31,193 nt of DNA from an archaeon (GTDB taxonomy: Archaea; Methanobacteriota_B; Thermococci; Methanofastidiosales; NM3): the NCBI GenBank assembly GCA_004212155.1, contig RXIG01000018.1, forward strand, positions 1 to 31,193, given 5' to 3'. Positions 28,102-31,193 of the stretch are shown here, piece after piece. Within the stretch, counting starts at the first letter, position 1; each line of letters starts with the position of its first letter. The position numbers and the translations under genes are program-made. The notes below the pieces were generated by a model. The model made no database searches, was not told the DNA's origin, and saw nothing but the letters and a program-made list of their open reading frames with translations.

Positions 28102-29343
28102 TCATGTCCGTTCGCGCTCCATCTTTCGTGCGGCGCGCAGTGCCCGCCACCGCTTGTATCTCAGATAGCGCTTGACGAACCAAGAGATGAGGCGTGTGCT
28201 GGGGCCCTCGAACTCGCGTTCGACATCATCGAGGAGGCGTGGGATGTCGAGCTCCTGCGGGCAGTGGTCGAGGCATTGGCCGCAGTTGGTACAAAGCGAC
28301 GGCTTCGACGACTTCCCGTTCGTGATGCCCTCGAGCCACACGATGTAGGCGCGCAACGCGCCCATGTTGTCGCCGAACATGTGCTTCATGTTGTAGACCT
28401 CAAAACACGCCGGGATGTCGACGCCCTGGGGGCAGGGCATGCAGTACTGGCATCCCGTGCAGCCGATGGCGGTGAGCTCGCGGTATTTCTGGCGCACACG
28501 ATCGATGATCTCGCGCTCCTCCTCGGAAAGCGAGTTGGGCTTCGCCTCGTCGGCCACGCGCATGTTCTCCTTGATATGGTCCTCGTCGTTCATGCCCGAG
28601 AGGAGGAGTGCGACCTCGGGGTGGTCCCAGACCCACCGCAGCGCCCATTCGGCAGGGCTGCGCTTCACTGGTGCCGAGTCCCATATCTCCTGTACCGAAG
28701 GGGGAACATTGCCGGCAAGGGCGCCACCGCGAAGCGGCTCCATCACCATGATGCCAAGGCCCTTTCTGGCCGCGTACTTGAGGCCCTCGGTACCTGCCTG
28801 ATACTCGGTATCGAGGAAGTTGTACTGAAGGAGGCAGCAGTCCCAGTCGTAGGCGTCGACGATCTCCTTGAGGACGTCGCGCTGGCCATGGAACGAGAAT
28901 CCCGCATGGCGGATGCGGCCATCAGCCTTTGCTGCGTCGAGGAACTCGAGCACGCCGAGCGTGCTCATCTTGTCCCAGTTCTCCCTGTTGAGGTTGTGTA
29001 CCAGGTAATAATCGATATGTTCGGTCTTGAGCTTTGCAAGCTGCGTGTTGAGGAGCTTGTCCATGTCGTCCCTCGTCTCGGTGGACCAGGGTGGCAGCTT
29101 GGTGGCAAGGAAGACCTTCTCGCGGTATCCATCGGCGAGCGCCTTGCCAAGGAACGTCTCGCTCATGCCCATGTGGTACGGCATGGCGGTGTCGATGTAG
29201 TTGACGCCGTTGTCGATGGCATACCGTATCTGTCGCATGGCACGAGGCTCATCGATGACCGCCCCCTTCGTCGGGAGGCGCATGGCGCCGAATCCGAGGA
29301 CGGAGACCGTGTCGCCCGTCTTCTCAATGGTGCGATATTGCAT
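28102..29343 (-). CDS. Aldo/keto reductase with C-terminal 2x[4Fe-4S]-type motifs
   Basis: LGFGAMRLP, IDTAMPY, ATKLP, YLVH, GFSFH, MEPLRGG; CTGCQYCMPCP and CTNCGQCLDHCP. Start is 29343 or 29352. Confidence 0.93.
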   Translation of the reverse strand: MQYRTIEKTGDTVSVLGFGAMRLPTKGAVIDEPRAMRQIRYAIDNGVNYIDTAMPYHMGMSETFLGKALADGYREKVFLATKLPPWSTETRDDMDKLLNTQLAKLKTEHIDYYLVHNLNRENWDKMSTLGVLEFLDAAKADGRIRHAGFSFHGQRDVLKEIVDAYDWDCCLLQYNFLDTEYQAGTEGLKYAARKGLGIMVMEPLRGGALAGNVPPSVQEIWDSAPVKRSPAEWALRWVWDHPEVALLLSGMNDEDHIKENMRVADEAKPNSLSEEEREIIDRVRQKYRELTAIGCTGCQYCMPCPQGVDIPACFEVYNMKHMFGDNMGALRAYIVWLEGITNGKSSKPSLCTNCGQCLDHCPQELDIPRLLDDVEREFEGPSTRLISWFVKRYLRYKRWRALRAARKMERERT

Positions 29344-29477
29344 ACTATCCATTAGACTAAGGCATTTTAATAAGTTGTGCGCTGCATGGTATTGATGGAC
29401 GTGTTATGACCCTATGAGCATATAAAGGCAGGATACAGGTACTATTTTCATTTACTTGTAATTGCATAGTAGTACCC

Positions 29478-29810
29478 ATGGAACAATCCATAGGTATTTG
29501 CAGCATCAACTGTGCGGAGTGTGAAGCATACATCCTCACGCGGAATGCAGATGCGGCCGGTCTCGAAGCACTGGCGAAGAAGGGGTCAGAAGGATTTCGG
29601 CCACTTGGGAAGGAGGGCGTCATGTGCGATGGATGTGCCTCGAAAGCAGGTCCTTTTTTTGTGTTCTGTGAAGAATGCGAAGCAAGACAGTGCTGCCGTG
29701 GAGGAGGTCATGCGACCAGTGCTGAATACGACGACTTTCCATGCTCGAAGCTAGAAGCGATATACGAGATGTGCCCCGAGGCGAAGGAAAATCTCGGGCG
29801 GTTGAGATAA
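29478..29810 (+). CDS. DUF3795-like Cys-rich protein
   Basis: CSINCAECEAY, CDGC, CEECEARQCC, FPC, EAKENL. Confidence 0.78.
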   Translation: MEQSIGICSINCAECEAYILTRNADAAGLEALAKKGSEGFRPLGKEGVMCDGCASKAGPFFVFCEECEARQCCRGGGHATSAEYDDFPCSKLEAIYEMCPEAKENLGRLR

Positions 29811-29818
29811 TAGGTAGG

Positions 29819-30028
29819 CTATTCGGTCGCAATGATGACGTTTGACGCCTTTATGACGGCATGTACCTCTTTTCCCTTCTTGAGCCCAAGGCGTTCTGCA
29901 GATCCCTTGGTGATGACCGAAACGATCGTCTCACCGCCGGGGAGCTTCACGACCACCTCGGCATCGACCATGCCCTCGGTGACCGATTCGACAGTGCCCT
30001 TGAGCACGTTTCGTGCACTCAGTTCCAT
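29819..30028 (-). CDS. TOBE-domain molybdate/tungstate-binding protein (molbindin, Mop-like)
   Basis: SARNVLKGTV, IVSVITKGSAERLGL, AVIKASNV. SD GGTGA before ATG 30028. Confidence 0.93.
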   Translation of the reverse strand: MELSARNVLKGTVESVTEGMVDAEVVVKLPGGETIVSVITKGSAERLGLKKGKEVHAVIKASNVIIATE

Positions 30029-30132
30029 GATATCACCCGGTGCCACACTATGCGTTCCATCTATTTATTTATTGTCATGTGCATTTTTACCAGTGGGGAT
30101 ATTCTTTTAACGTCCCCTTCGGAGTATGACCC

Positions 30133-31193
30133 ATGGGAGAGGAAATGATCAAGACGACATGCCTTCGCTGCCTGGCAGGATGCGGCATGTACGTCCGTCT
30201 CAGTGACGGAGTGCCGGTCTCCGTCGAGGGCGACCCTGACAGTGTCACGGGACAGGGCATCCTCTGCATACGCGGTAAGGCAACGCTGGAATATGTCTAT
30301 AATGAGAACCGATTGAGGGTACCGCTCATCCGCGAGGGCGAGCGTGGCTCAGGCAGATGGCGCGAAGCAACATGGGGCGAGGCGCTCGACCTCATCGCGT
30401 CTACGTTTACGCAGCTGCGCGACGACCATGGGGCCGAATCGGTGGCGTTCATCGAGGGCGGTTCCAAGGGTTATCTTGACGCATGGCTCTCACGGTTTTC
30501 CAACAAGTTCGGTTCGCCAAACGTCACGAAAGCCGCCCAGCACTGCTTCCTCCCCACGTTCTTTGGTTCTAAGTTCACCTACGGGGCCCTGACGCGACCC
30601 GACTTCGAGCATCCCCCTGAATGTCTCGTCGTATGGGGGGCAAACAAGCACGAGACGGCGCTGCCGGAGGGAAAACGCAAGGACATGGCGCTTGAAAATG
30701 GCAAGACGCTCATTGTCATCGACCCTGCGCCCACTGCGCTTGCCCGCAAGGCCACCGAATGGGTGTGCCTTCGCCCAGGCTCGGACCTGGCCCTGGCACT
30801 CGCATTCATCAACGTCATCATACGCGAGGGACTCTATGACAGCGGGTTCGTCGATGCCTGGTGCGAGGGATTCGATGAGCTCACGGAACATGTGGCAGCA
30901 TGCACGGCCGAGTGGGCCGAGACAAAAACCGGTGTGCCGGCCGAACAGATCACACGCATCGCCCGCACCTATGCCACGACGAAGCCTGCGGCCATCTGCT
31001 CGGGCAACGGGCTGGAACACTATCCCACGAACCTCCAGATGGGTCGGGCGCTTGCCATACTCCGTTCAATCACCGGCAATCTCGGTATCCATGGCGGCGA
31101 CATATTCTGGGCGCGCCCGCCGCTGCGCCACAACGGCGACCCCGACCTCGTCGCGCACGACGAGCTGCCCGGGGACGTCATGAGCGTCAACTA
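30133..31193 (+). CDS. Mo/W-bis-pyranopterin oxidoreductase (DMSO reductase superfamily, acetylene hydratase-like group), 3' end outside the window
   Basis: Missing from the ORF track. Manual translation: MGEEMIKTTCLRCLAGCG...LCIRG...NRLRVPLIR...WGEALD...FGSPN...QHCFLP...VWGAN...VIDP...LRPGSDLAL...ITGNL. Confidence 0.92.
   Translation, partial: MGEEMIKTTCLRCLAGCGMYVRLSDGVPVSVEGDPDSVTGQGILCIRGKATLEYVYNENRLRVPLIREGERGSGRWREATWGEALDLIASTFTQLRDDHGAESVAFIEGGSKGYLDAWLSRFSNKFGSPNVTKAAQHCFLPTFFGSKFTYGALTRPDFEHPPECLVVWGANKHETALPEGKRKDMALENGKTLIVIDPAPTALARKATEWVCLRPGSDLALALAFINVIIREGLYDSGFVDAWCEGFDELTEHVAACTAEWAETKTGVPAEQITRIARTYATTKPAAICSGNGLEHYPTNLQMGRALAILRSITGNLGIHGGDIFWARPPLRHNGDPDLVAHDELPGDVMSVN

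Noticed and set aside
28264-29355. Long antisense ORFs (also 19687..20634, 8607..9473, 26234..27043, 1950..2600)
   Set aside because: They mirror well-supported genes on the opposite strand, are expected from GC-rich codon bias, and show no recognisable motifs.
1-31193. CRISPR arrays, tRNA/rRNA genes, IS elements, integrases, defence systems
   Set aside because: I found no spaced direct repeats, cloverleaf-like segments or transposase/recombinase motifs by eye. The only tandem repeats are coding linkers and Ig domains.

Overview
Gene-dense, mostly GC-rich archaeal chromosomal segment. It has TATA boxes about 22-25 nt upstream of start codons and GGTGA-type Shine-Dalgarno sites. The trpCDEGFBA order and TrpC/TrpE sequences resemble Thermococcales, suggesting a Thermococci-related lineage such as Methanofastidiosa or Theionarchaea (inference). 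From left to right: two divergent surface-anchored PQQ-type beta-propeller genes (one truncated by the window edge, one frameshifted), a SprT-like protease, an FAD oxidoreductase, two GNATs, a possible winged-helix protein, an iron-sulfur flavoprotein, a large secreted C25 (gingipain-like) peptidase and a neighbouring secreted protein, a cupin plus ABC-2 exporter, DUF1624, a REC-PAS-GAF histidine kinase, a complete trp operon, an AKR(Fe-S)-larC-larE-DUF488-larB cluster with no larA, DUF3795, a molbindin, and the 5' part of a Mo/W-bisPGD enzyme of the acetylene hydratase-like group. I saw no RNA genes, CRISPR arrays or transposases. Best leads: (1) a shared C-terminal helical domain of about 72 aa on two unrelated secreted proteins, a candidate archaeal sorting or anchoring signal; (2) a nickel-pincer biosynthesis operon headed by an Fe-S aldo-keto reductase instead of LarA; (3) phased TRP boxes and a pseudoknot-like leader upstream of trpC.
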